Shown piece after piece: positions 19,901-27,490 of a stretch of 53,451 bases of DNA; within the stretch, counting starts at the first letter, position 1; every line of letters begins with the position of its first letter. The position numbers and the translations under genes are program-made. The stretch lies in IMG/VR virus record IMGVR_UViG_3300030333_004406, positions 1 to 53,451 of that record, one strand, 5' to 3'. The notes beneath the pieces are model-generated. The model saw only the letters and a program-made list of their open reading frames with translations. It made no database searches and had not been told where the DNA came from. The DNA comes from a virus. Lineage: Duplodnaviria > Caudoviricetes.

Positions 19901-22900
19901 AGAGGGGCTAATCCACTAACAACATCATTGGTTAAATCTGTCATGTGTCTGTAAGCGTTGTCAGTCCAAAAAGCTTCTCCCCAATTACTATCACCTTGTC
20001 GACGGTCTTGTGTTCTAACAAATTGTTTTTGCTTTATTAGTTCTTGCCAAACATCTCTTTCATCACTTAAGCTATACTCACCCCCATCAGTTGTTACCCA
20101 ATCATCTCTAAAAAAAGCTTGAGTAAGACTATTGACACCATTTGTGAGTATGCTTTCTCTGTACATGTCGTATGGGTCGACATTTAAATTAATAGCTTTA
20201 TTCAAAAGCCTGAATCTAATCATAGCATCATTCAATGCTTTACCCTCATATGAATTACCACCAACTTTAGTAAACACATCAGATCCATCACCTGCTATAT
20301 CATATGGTGAACCCGTTTCAATTATCGTTTCTATTTGTTTTACTACACTCTCCCAGCTTTCAGATGGTATATCAGCGATATCACCTCTTTCAAACGCATC
20401 TTCCCACCAAGGGTATTCGCTAGAAACTTGATCAAGATTATTGTAAACTAATTTAGATAGATATCTAACATCACCCGCTGCCTCTAGTAAAGCTAGATAT
20501 AATTCATCTTGGTCATTTTCGGTGGCCACTTGTAGTATAGCATCTTCGTCGTAACTTATATCATATGCCATTGTTTTACCCGTTGGTTCTCCATCTTTTC
20601 CAACTTCCATTAACATAGGATTTTCTTCAGACGAATTAGGATCAAGAACCCATTGTCTACTATAAGCTATGAAATTACCATTTTTATCTAAAAGATCTTT
20701 AATGTTATTTTTAGAAACAAAGTTATCTCTATCTTTTTTTAAGATTGCTAATCTTTTTTCTTTCTCTTCTTTGCTAAGAGTTATTAACTCGTTTTTTGTG
20801 ATTACGTTATCATCATTTAAATCAACCCAATCTTTTCCAGTTTCATTTATGAACTCTATTCTCTTACGATACTCCCATAGTTTTCTAGGTTCTCGTTTCA
20901 TTACCCTAGCGGTATACTCAACGTTTTGATCTTTAAACTTATTAAAACCATCTTGGTGTCGTTCTTGTTTATTTGCTATGTTACTATCAGCAAGTTCTTC
21001 TAGTATCATAACTTGCTCATCTAACTTGTTTTCAGCGTGCACCATTCCAAAGGCAGGATCAGTAAGTGCCATCCTATTTTTATACGAGTATGTGTATGGA
21101 ACCATGTGTTTTTCTGCCACTCCATCTCCATTTAAATCATATTCAAAAACTCTAAAACCGTAGTTCTCTATAACATGTTCATCATCGTGTATTATATTTG
21201 TAAACCATGCACGGCTAAAAGCCCAATCGTGTCCACCTACTTCTTTTTCCTCAGTCCACTCAGGTGTAGGTTCTGCTTCTGGATCTAACTCCGTGTCAGC
21301 AGCAATACTCCTCCTATATATTCTAGCTCCAGAACCTGTTAAATCTGAACCTAAATCTAAACCCTGTAATGAGTTAAGTTGGTTATAAAATGTACCTTCA
21401 TTTATAGCACTTCTACCAGCAGAAGCGGCAGCTAGTAAATCTGGATTATCTTTATATTGTTGTCTCTCAAACTCTTGCCAAGCTCTTTTAAATTTTGGAT
21501 TTAATTCTAATTGAATATGAAACTTAATAGCTTCTAAGGTCATAGGATCTAATGTAGCTTTTGATCTAACGTTTGTAGTTAAATCAAATCTAGTACCCAC
21601 TCTTTGATTACCTATTTTCACTCTTATTCCATCATATTGTTTAAATAAACCAGTATTAGCTTTCTCGAATGTTATAAAAGACTCCATACCGTTTACCGCG
21701 AATTGAGTGTCAAAGTATTGCTGATATTGATCAACGACAGTTTCAGATAAACTACTTAATTGACCATCACTATAATTCCCATCTTCTATTAAATGAGAAC
21801 TTAAATCAATATCTGGAAATGCTTCTTGAAAAATTTGAATTTGTTCACCACGAGATTTGTTTAATCTATCTGAAGAATCTCCCATTCTACCAACGTCATC
21901 TCCTGCACTTATGTAGCTACCTGGCGTATTAAACGCACCTCTTCCTTCACCATGACTAAGTTCTAGTCCATTCATGTCTAAGAACTGGAAGTTTTCAGGC
22001 AACTTATACTTATCTTCAATAGCATCATCCTCCATTGTACTAATCATAGATTCTACTCCTAACACGTGTCTCATAGTCCAAGCTACACCATCGTTAAATA
22101 CTTTTTTCGCACCATCTGGATCAGCCATGTAAGCGATCATTGGGTGTGTTCGCGCTATTGGAGCAATGTTATCATAAACTTTTTTAGCAATCCATCTTTG
22201 AGGAATAAAAAATTCATGACCAAAAAAACTACCCCATGAAGGATCATTAAGTTTGAAATCCATAGTTGAAGGCATAAACTCTTCTACTGCTGCAACATGA
22301 TTTTTAAAGTAATCGGGATCTTCCATTATACCTGGTAGTTGCTCCGCGCTCCACCTTAGCCATTCATCCGTGTTAACCACAAGTCTACCATCTGGTAGTC
22401 TTTCATTACTAAATACAGAAGTGGGCCATAAGTGACCCTTGTTATTTAAGTAATCGTATGTTTCTAATTGTGTTTGAGTGTAATTAACTAGGGATTCATC
22501 GCTCGGATCAATATTATAAGTCGCTTCTCCGTCAAGGACTTCTTTAAGAAAGTTTTTGGATTTTTCCGATTTATTATCAAACAGTGAATATACATCTAAA
22601 GTGTCTAGATCTTTGGTTTGAGAACCATCTGTTTTAGATATCGAATGTGATTTTGGTAATGGAGTTATGCTCATAGCATACTCAGTATTTTTATCTGTCG
22701 CTACTGACGCCTCAGGCATTGACAGGGTGGGCTCTGTATCTATTTCTGTTTCTTGAATATGTCTATTCTCTACTTTACCAGTGCTCACGTCAACCTTAAA
22801 CTCATCATTACCAATATGAGTTAAAGTGGGATTATTATCCTTATATTTTTTTAAAAATTCTTCTTTTTTTTCTTGAGTGACTTCAATAGTCCTCGTTCTA

Positions 22901-22935
22901 CCATCTTTTTGAATGGTATAAAATTCGTTTGCCAT
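10999..22935 (-). CDS. Giant (3978 aa) putative virion ejection / polyvalent protein: EF-hand-like loop, zincin HExxH, sigma-region-2-like segment, HAD phosphatase with an inserted P-loop kinase, helical/TM region, two C-terminal Zn-finger-like repeats
   Basis: DLNDDNVITKNE; GHEIGHE; LNNMRLVSALSKK...PFGAY; FDFDDT / VLTARP / YFVDD; FLAGGAGSGKS; Cx10Cx13CxxH and Cx9-10Cx9-10CxxH. Third and largest gene of the post-tail cargo block. Confidence 0.85.
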   Translation of the reverse strand: MANEFYTIQKDGRTRTIEVTQEKKEEFLKKYKDNNPTLTHIGNDEFKVDVSTGKVENRHIQETEIDTEPTLSMPEASVATDKNTEYAMSITPLPKSHSISKTDGSQTKDLDTLDVYSLFDNKSEKSKNFLKEVLDGEATYNIDPSDESLVNYTQTQLETYDYLNNKGHLWPTSVFSNERLPDGRLVVNTDEWLRWSAEQLPGIMEDPDYFKNHVAAVEEFMPSTMDFKLNDPSWGSFFGHEFFIPQRWIAKKVYDNIAPIARTHPMIAYMADPDGAKKVFNDGVAWTMRHVLGVESMISTMEDDAIEDKYKLPENFQFLDMNGLELSHGEGRGAFNTPGSYISAGDDVGRMGDSSDRLNKSRGEQIQIFQEAFPDIDLSSHLIEDGNYSDGQLSSLSETVVDQYQQYFDTQFAVNGMESFITFEKANTGLFKQYDGIRVKIGNQRVGTRFDLTTNVRSKATLDPMTLEAIKFHIQLELNPKFKRAWQEFERQQYKDNPDLLAAASAGRSAINEGTFYNQLNSLQGLDLGSDLTGSGARIYRRSIAADTELDPEAEPTPEWTEEKEVGGHDWAFSRAWFTNIIHDDEHVIENYGFRVFEYDLNGDGVAEKHMVPYTYSYKNRMALTDPAFGMVHAENKLDEQVMILEELADSNIANKQERHQDGFNKFKDQNVEYTARVMKREPRKLWEYRKRIEFINETGKDWVDLNDDNVITKNELITLSKEEKEKRLAILKKDRDNFVSKNNIKDLLDKNGNFIAYSRQWVLDPNSSEENPMLMEVGKDGEPTGKTMAYDISYDEDAILQVATENDQDELYLALLEAAGDVRYLSKLVYNNLDQVSSEYPWWEDAFERGDIADIPSESWESVVKQIETIIETGSPYDIAGDGSDVFTKVGGNSYEGKALNDAMIRFRLLNKAINLNVDPYDMYRESILTNGVNSLTQAFFRDDWVTTDGGEYSLSDERDVWQELIKQKQFVRTQDRRQGDSNWGEAFWTDNAYRHMTDLTNDVVSGLAPLVAEIYCFNLAGVAMTGTKTVVSMTKRTQSMLHAIKRIGLKPFRSGKLGKNVAKKAKKIQQSKGLNKVINTIVAPAIVTPIEWAAAEQLEFGGMESHTLHTDRETGETHFNYAFPMFMGIGGGVWGSILRPGLSNAINKSIASKTWKIGGRERPNPLGWLYIKATGGGKWSQKLYAQKTTHKYVPGKEVMKWVGDKVGHGATAAGLLQFASTADQMRKDFASGEWVNHDWMPDSIKNLDPNSDRYKEWAAEWEEISLLGSKGWDNFISVFLGMTMMGMKSGLWKSYAKDILRANRDTPLTKKYAESLGIQKNKRKNDTYRERDINQAADKKINKLKNKLNKTKDKNKRKDLNKEIAKIEEARRELLIRNKLIWAQDNAKRISSKEYQKELRRQYDVIDMIHGPLTPAKLRLLAEMDLETLENYMQERRLTTDQKISIMNLWRVNKVNEFKLRKIFGREKHKLREDFLQNQFEIAQIEQKIRDAEKQIKNIKNSNKKKGYSVDGFSARESHLKNLKLKLKELEGKEKEIKEKLVKEYNRRVKDQLIIDKAHTKDIKNIENFKVVEDLKEYEALKKKHNIEGEGEAFIITGENGKKTIIISPTLAVKYKTLGAGGHEIGHEAIWGHIMEEYVKKDGTPGIRVSKEGIEIVDAFKRLVERISKKDFKELESAIELNYKYEQELIVNPKTNKLEWVNKIDPKTKKPIEKKKEDYYDEYITVFGSLLKDGIIKGREYTMKREFTNMFQGMITKLPMFKDAYGLEINGKDSRKAAEDILRVIEDINTPGYGGGMTVAVKSALKSSAAKQAKWVNVESRDGRSSSSAFRRDLINELEGTNPNIKRTTLDIVEGNNKITDAIYEFRDGYNKANPNNKITLKQAKDQATVMWEHPIMEFNEAGQLVHQKNSAGELMYSKPRTTPISEALMLNNMRLVSALSKKAAVRGETIELEAGKKVSYEDFQSGYMAELGELIRTWEVEVNKKHIPFGAYMNKILPKRYGQILEQAKGAQPIEGALGSITDATGKTIDVIDQGPGIEGTIDVRDATAKKVNEIITSELLRKVIPASGKMSIEFKKNLESAVADAISTTKGDITKQQYYDKIYKAVEKVMRTYSKEITGSAADVPRFIEQNGALIFKSFDVKMLLDMQSQMKGELLKGVEKPFVRVVKRLTTIEDINRHINLPESHPHKLPPSARFKSEAGVAIYEKQSIEKALPYLIQYFSLTSSTKYTRATKLADNITKTLTKDAFMEIRQREAVEEKRKEIKEADANDMIKNELELMSLEIGRSMGQRLSSSKRGFEELEYTDITEAGELLRKFYKKGMEEVVEFINGEWHVIGGTGKQPSQFTIRRAIDSWVNKGIQTEKGEYYKSAIRNSKEGEFFKEWKDQYLADGKFHKSNVDLMEKYAKEVLDITLEIGKDVLTAKQLSAFWNVVGFHNRLLDAAKIKNSTGKPGPYEKLFRKCKSEINKLKSDPKLKKIVENVELMNKSFGLFKRIDEIQRMNIKVEGKDGKLELLKELEPRIEKANAANIELHKILVKNLILAVKNNKISGTAVMHMMQGQTNLIAGFRALSRLDMIDLKDGSQAVYRYKKDGKWVYTNDTGPGFFVKGEYTNAKGEIKQGRNGEVNMENPLLKDAIRFYQNQGVSVTKAGKETGGGQYLPSGKPNQNWRKLTKQEAFEIAVENLLTKGEHLGPSSNTNLAIVKLMSDVYTGKVSIESIDMELDRVLEGHSQFYTSKFVADIIDLGGKTNNTNFHRIKLLDKYGFGKYINSIYSPGGKSYQEIMITKETNKWKLDNLRKAIEFKGRHKQNESLAQTTRNSISGKRRGMSTFDFDDTMAYTKSGVRTTVPNTDGLPKPSRKVIFLAGGAGSGKSNVVKKLGLEEQGFKIVNQDISLEWLKKNHGLPENMRELTKEQRSILGKLGHQARGIAKRKMMKFQGNADGIVVDGTGASKKNMEKLVNEFKDKGYDVSMLFVETTLKTALARNAARKERSLLDIIVRKNHESVQGNKLDFKNLFGERFMEIKTDNLTMESPMPMELVSKMNDFVRSYEKLRLDAAEFAAQGDAILKKGGKFDFSEFEQVVEGTEGPYLQKAIERAKKFGTKDLFVLTARPVESAKAIQEFLKSQGLDISIENITGLANSSANAKAKWMLEKFAEGYNDMYFVDDALPNVEAVKKVLDQLDVKSKVVQAKARFSNSMNRNFNEILERQSKLPADKIVSLQEAKLMGRGKGRFDYFVPPSAEDFKGLIYKMLGKGRQGDADMKFFKKALMDPFAKSTRDLTIVKQKMSEEYKTLKKQYKKDFDLNENVEGTIHTKDAAVRAYLWEKAGFEVPGISKVELEMLTSHVKNNPNLMAFAESLSAITRLKEGYSAPSEYWMVESIASDLNFMVGQGGRKNFFAEWIENKNIIFSKDNLNKIEAIHGKYYREALENILWRMETGRNRMTNTGDSITNNWYDWINGSVGATMFWNVRSAMLQTISTVNFTNHMENNIFAQAKAFANQKQFWKDFAFIMNSPMLKQRRAGLQIDVSANELTNVFEKSGKNPKAILQWLLQKGFTPTRIADSFAIAFGGAPYYRNRINMYLKQGLSEAKAKEKAWLDFQEIAEETQQSSRPDLISQQQAGPLGRIILPWHNTPMQMTRLMKKALSDLVNRRRTEGHKTQWQSDRANISRILYYGAMQNLWFYTLQSGLGWLLFGSDQEEMIEKKELQVVNGAFDTLLRGTGIYGASVSTLKNVILQYRKEMAKDWGKDDFGNVVIEAINLSPPIGAKARKLYGAHKTWHYNEGVSGELGFRIENPNIHATANVIEALFNVPLARLVNKANNLEEAISGDHYWWQRAAMTLGWNRWNVGARDEELDIAKEKAYEKRKIENQIKREKEKEEQKKQEIEEKKSQGLLHKRCGATNSKGKRCSIMVWVKKGKAARCGYHTSYKPNEGSDRDNDGIKEYQCKATTSSGNRCKNRTEHKSKKCYAHR

Positions 22936-22958
22936 ACTGTATCGTTAGTTACCCGTTA

Positions 22959-24350
22959 TTATTTATTTTTATTTTTTTTAGCTCCCTCAATTAGTTCTTC
23001 AACTGTTATACCCATTTGTTCAGCTATTTCAGCTAAGCCGGCCATTTGGCTTGCGCTGAGGTTATCTAAATCAACGTCTGAGTTCTCATCAGTCCAAATA
23101 GAATTGGCACTTGAAGTAGTCTCTTGATTAGCAGCATCTGGAAAATATCCATCTAATTTTTCTATTGCTGATTTGTATTTTTCATCTTTAGTTAGATCAA
23201 TCCAGTTACCATCAGTGTTCTTTTTTCTAGTATGCCACTTACCCTCAATCATTTTATAATCCCAAGTTTTATCTCCTGGTATTTCATATACACCTTCGTT
23301 ATTAGGTTCTCCAGTTGTAGTTGGTCGATGTTGTGAATTTTGATTTATAGAGTTAGTAACATTTTCATTATTACCAGCATTATAATTATCATCGATCCAA
23401 TTTCTCTCAAGATGATTAGTAACATAAGTTGTTAAATACTTCTTGCCTAATCTTTCATTTTTCAACAATTCATCTGCTATGATAGCTGCATCTTCTATAG
23501 TAATTGGAGTATCTGGCGTTGGATCTTTTATATTCCTTTCATTGATACCAAGTTCTTCATACGTGTTATTTGATATCATTTCTATTAAATCAGTTTTAAA
23601 TGTTCTACCAGGTATTAATATATCCGCATCATTAACCATTGATTTGTAATTACCTTTTCCAACAACCTGGCTTTCTATATTTCTATAGTTTTGATCATAT
23701 TGAAATATACCATTATCATTTGGTAAAGATGCATCCGCACCATTAGCAGATCCATTTGCTAGTGTGCTAACTAAATTTTGTGTAGCTCCGTCTCTTTGGT
23801 TTTCTTTTAGCTTGGCAGCCATATCTACCGTGGATATCATAACCTTATTGCCATCATCATCTAAAACCTCATATTCATATTCTTCTGTCTCCTCATTCCA
23901 AGTTGGGCCACCCTCTAGTGCATTTAAGTAAGACTCACCTTGATCACTACCCATCCAATTCTCACTTAGACCAGTCTCACTGTTCTTAGCAAGATTTGCA
24001 AGTTGTTTTTTTAATTCATTATACTTATCGCTTTCAACCTTTTCAGTTTGCAACTCCCTCATTAACATTTCTCGATCTTTCTTTCCAGCCCATATAAATT
24101 GATTTCTCCTCCTGTTCAATCTTTTTCTTAATTTCTCATATTCGTGATGAGGTATATTGCCCTCTTTTCTACCCAACTCCCAATCAGCAAACTTTTGAAA
24201 TCTTGCGTTTCTCTCTTGTACTACCGCGCTAATAGCTTTTGCTGTCGAGTCACTTATACTCATCAAGCCAGCTGCTGCACCTAAACCATAACCAGCTATA
24301 TTACCACCGGCTGCCGCATAAGCTCCTGATATTAAATTTCCATTTGCCAT
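22959..24350 (-). CDS. Putative internal virion (ejection) protein
   Basis: Gly/Ala-rich hydrophobic N-terminus and helical body; lies between the pilot-like gene and the giant gene. Confidence 0.6.
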   Translation of the reverse strand: MANGNLISGAYAAAGGNIAGYGLGAAAGLMSISDSTAKAISAVVQERNARFQKFADWELGRKEGNIPHHEYEKLRKRLNRRRNQFIWAGKKDREMLMRELQTEKVESDKYNELKKQLANLAKNSETGLSENWMGSDQGESYLNALEGGPTWNEETEEYEYEVLDDDGNKVMISTVDMAAKLKENQRDGATQNLVSTLANGSANGADASLPNDNGIFQYDQNYRNIESQVVGKGNYKSMVNDADILIPGRTFKTDLIEMISNNTYEELGINERNIKDPTPDTPITIEDAAIIADELLKNERLGKKYLTTYVTNHLERNWIDDNYNAGNNENVTNSINQNSQHRPTTTGEPNNEGVYEIPGDKTWDYKMIEGKWHTRKKNTDGNWIDLTKDEKYKSAIEKLDGYFPDAANQETTSSANSIWTDENSDVDLDNLSASQMAGLAEIAEQMGITVEELIEGAKKNKNK

Positions 24351-24368
24351 ATTATTTATTTTATATTA

Positions 24369-25034
24369 TTAACCTGTTGGTGCTTTTGCCAACCCAGGTA
24401 TCATGCTTGTTATGTTACTAACTGTTCCAGATATTGCTTGCCACTTAGCTTGATTAGCAGCTTGAGCTTGTTGCATGTATGCTGCTGTTTCTTGTTGAGA
24501 CATGCCAAGTAATGTAGATTGTTTGTTTAACTCCATTTGTCTAGATTGCATTTCGCCTTGTCTTTCTAACTGCTGTATTCTACCGGCCTCTTGTCTTTCT
24601 AGTTGTTGATTTCTAGCTTCTTGAGCACCAATATCAGCTGCTGCTTTTTGAGATGCTAATTGACCTTGTTGAGCAAGTGTTTGTGCCAGCGCAGCTATAC
24701 CACTACTACCAGCTGCTCCTCTTAATCCACCTAGTATATTTGCTTGACTTTGAGAGAAAGTTTGTTTTTGAAAATCAGCAGCTTTTTGATTTATAGTTAA
24801 ATCTTCCATTGTGTTCTCCATATTGAGAAAAGGATTACTAGTATCTAAATTAGCATAGATACCCTTTAATCTATTCATTTCTGCTCTAGCCTTTCTTTCC
24901 TTTCTTTCAGCTTCACGTTTAGCTTTACCAGCGCTAATAGCACCAGCAATTCCACCAATAGCGGATATTCCAGCGCCTATAGCTAAAGCCGCGGCGGGTA
25001 GTAATTTAAAAGGACTGTTTTTCTTATTTGCCAT
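24369..25034 (-). CDS. Putative DNA pilot / ejection protein
   Basis: AAALAIGAGISAIGGIAGAISAG hydrophobic glycine-zipper followed by a Gln/Ala-rich coiled coil. Confidence 0.65.
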   Translation of the reverse strand: MANKKNSPFKLLPAAALAIGAGISAIGGIAGAISAGKAKREAERKERKARAEMNRLKGIYANLDTSNPFLNMENTMEDLTINQKAADFQKQTFSQSQANILGGLRGAAGSSGIAALAQTLAQQGQLASQKAAADIGAQEARNQQLERQEAGRIQQLERQGEMQSRQMELNKQSTLLGMSQQETAAYMQQAQAANQAKWQAISGTVSNITSMIPGLAKAPTG

Positions 25035-25043
25035 ATCTGTTTA

Positions 25044-25066
25044 ATTTTACTATAATATAGTTACAT
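25044..25066 (-). promoter_or_regulatory. Putative late promoter / operator, 23-bp copy 1 (ATGTAACTATATTATAGTAAAAT)
   Basis: 22/23 identical to 35949-35971; intergenic, upstream of the ejection-protein block. Confidence 0.65.
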
Positions 25067-25076
25067 TTTTTATTGC

Positions 25077-25544
25077 TTATTTACTACTTTCTGTTACATC
25101 GCAACTAGCGGTAAACATCTCTGCTTTTTCTATTGAATCATTTCTAAACTCAACACTAGCATAATACCCTTTTACAGAACTAGCATTAACACGGTTGTCT
25201 TTTGCAAAAAATATAAAAGAATTTGTAGTTGGAGGTTCATCATCTATAAGAAACGTATCCTCATCATCAACGGTTATTCTAACATGATTAAAAGGTGCGG
25301 TAGCCACAGTTATCGTGTTTGTTACAAGATCAGTTGATTGAGTCCCCTCGATCAACCCATTACTATCCACGTTTCGCGTTATATTACTTATAAAACCCAT
25401 GCATACTAGTCCTGTTAACCCAAATTGTCCAGCAGCGGTGCTAGTAAACCCTTCTTGAGTAACAGTTGTGTCTATATAGTAAACCGTATCACCAACTTGA
25501 GCAGACATGTTTAAATCTTGAAATGTATATTGTGTTAAAGCCAT
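25077..25544 (-). CDS. Tail-associated structural protein (hypothetical)
   Basis: SAQVGDTVYY...FIFFAKDNRVNASSVKGYYASVEFRN; located in the tail block. Confidence 0.65.
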   Translation of the reverse strand: MALTQYTFQDLNMSAQVGDTVYYIDTTVTQEGFTSTAAGQFGLTGLVCMGFISNITRNVDSNGLIEGTQSTDLVTNTITVATAPFNHVRITVDDEDTFLIDDEPPTTNSFIFFAKDNRVNASSVKGYYASVEFRNDSIEKAEMFTASCDVTESSK

Positions 25545-25555
25545 AGTTTTATATT

Positions 25556-27481
25556 TTATCCAGAATAAGTAGTTACTATATCATCTAAGTTCACATTCAT
25601 TGTTACATCTTGTGTTCCCCATTTAATAACTTCTACGTCAAATTTTATAAGATATGTATCAGCTCCAGCGGTACTAGTATCGGTTTGAAATATATTAGTT
25701 ATTCTTAATTCTGTTCCCCCGTTGTCAGCTGTAACAGAATTAGTCCAATCAGAAGCTGTTGAGTCTGTGTTAGAAAAACTCATAACACCATCATCATCAA
25801 CAGAACCCGCGGTATCTGTACGCACTTTATTGTGAGAGTTGTGAGCAACTAAACTCCAACTAACACTAAATTTATTTGGATATTTTACATATTTTTTTAT
25901 CTCATCTCCCATTGTGTGAGCTATACCAACTCTTGTTACAGTTGCTGCCCCACTTGAATTTAAATTAGCGTTAGATTCTGTAGCTGTAATTTTTAATATA
26001 GGATTTACACTTTGAGTGAGTAAATAATTATAAGCTCTTCTAGTGTGAGTAAATGGAGTTTTACTTTGTATATTGCTACCAAAATCTGTTTGTGCACCAC
26101 CTTGCCGTTTGACATAACTTTTATCTATATTTATGTAGTATTCGTCGCTTTGAATAAACGAGGCAACATCTCCTTTTGTAGCGCTTATAGCTTGACTTAA
26201 GGTTACTTGAGTTGCGCTATTAATCGAGTCAATTGTAACATCAGCTGTATAATCTACAGCGTGTGCTGAATTACTAGGACTTGTAAAAACTAATTTATCT
26301 TTTGCTGTCAACCCTGTTGTATCTGCTAAATTCATGGTAGCTGTACTACTCATATCTGAAGTTACAGTGGTAGTAAGTCTAGTTGCACTAGGAAATTCAA
26401 CCGGAATAACAACTTGTCTTTTTTGATTAATTTTTTTCTTTCCTTTTCTATTAATACCTTGTTCTGGTAAAGTAAATTCATAAGCATCAATCTCACCAAC
26501 AACACTATCGCTTGTTGACGAGTTTATATAATCGGAACTTAAAATACAAGAATTAGTACTCTTTTTTATTATAGATATTTTTGCTGTAGAACCGCTAGTA
26601 CCTTGTATTACTATTTTTCTTTTTTCTCCTTTAGGATCTATGATTGAACTACCAAAATCAATATCAATTATCTCGTATTTTCTACTCTCTTTTTCTACCG
26701 CGTTATATATTAATACCGATCTCACATTATCTTCAATAGACGCTATTCTACTGTTCTTATAAAAAACATCATAATAATAATCAGTTATAAATCCATCGGT
26801 ATCTTTTGTTGTTTTTGTTAACTTCATTGTAACAACCCCATTGCTTGCACTGTTTGTTTTTAAATAAGGTCTTTCATTAAAATAATGATTTGTATCTGCA
26901 CTTATATGTATGCTAGCAACTTTTTTGTTTGCGGAGCTATGAGTAGTTTTAATACTATAAATTTCTTTTTCTAATACATAGTTAATATCTTTACTAACAA
27001 CATTTCTTTTTAAACCCAATTGCACTCCATCAAAGTTGTTAGATTTAGTTACCGTTGAACCACCAGTTGATGTTACTGTTATATCTGCAAATGTATTTGC
27101 TTTATTATTTTTAACAAAATAATCTTCTATAAAAAAAGTTGACTCAGGTAATATTGATTTATATAATGTAGTTTTTCCGTCAAAATCTATAGTCCACTTA
27201 ACATTATTATTTGGCATCACAAAATTTGGATCAATCCACACGGTTGCTAAAACAGTATTTCTAAGAGTATCAGGTTTTCCGCTATCAGCAAAAGTAACTT
27301 TAATAATACCGTAAGGTAACTCTGTTTGATCTGTGTTATTTCTAAAATCACTCGCTTTAATTACGTATCCTTTTTTAGGCTTTATGGTTAATACGGCATT
27401 TTCAGGCATAGTATTGTTATTAAGACTATCTCCAAATACTTCCGTTGTTTTAAAAGTTGATATTGTATAATTCTTTGCCAT
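25556..27481 (-). CDS. Tail-associated structural protein (beta-rich)
   Basis: 641-aa ORF following the tail stabilization gene. Confidence 0.6.
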   Translation of the reverse strand: MAKNYTISTFKTTEVFGDSLNNNTMPENAVLTIKPKKGYVIKASDFRNNTDQTELPYGIIKVTFADSGKPDTLRNTVLATVWIDPNFVMPNNNVKWTIDFDGKTTLYKSILPESTFFIEDYFVKNNKANTFADITVTSTGGSTVTKSNNFDGVQLGLKRNVVSKDINYVLEKEIYSIKTTHSSANKKVASIHISADTNHYFNERPYLKTNSASNGVVTMKLTKTTKDTDGFITDYYYDVFYKNSRIASIEDNVRSVLIYNAVEKESRKYEIIDIDFGSSIIDPKGEKRKIVIQGTSGSTAKISIIKKSTNSCILSSDYINSSTSDSVVGEIDAYEFTLPEQGINRKGKKKINQKRQVVIPVEFPSATRLTTTVTSDMSSTATMNLADTTGLTAKDKLVFTSPSNSAHAVDYTADVTIDSINSATQVTLSQAISATKGDVASFIQSDEYYINIDKSYVKRQGGAQTDFGSNIQSKTPFTHTRRAYNYLLTQSVNPILKITATESNANLNSSGAATVTRVGIAHTMGDEIKKYVKYPNKFSVSWSLVAHNSHNKVRTDTAGSVDDDGVMSFSNTDSTASDWTNSVTADNGGTELRITNIFQTDTSTAGADTYLIKFDVEVIKWGTQDVTMNVNLDDIVTTYSG

Positions 27482-27490
27482 AACAATTTA

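Noticed and set aside
22943-22955. GGTAACTAAC upstream of the giant gene as another late-promoter copy
   Set aside because: It matches only GTAACTA and lacks the leading T and the downstream AT-rich palindrome.
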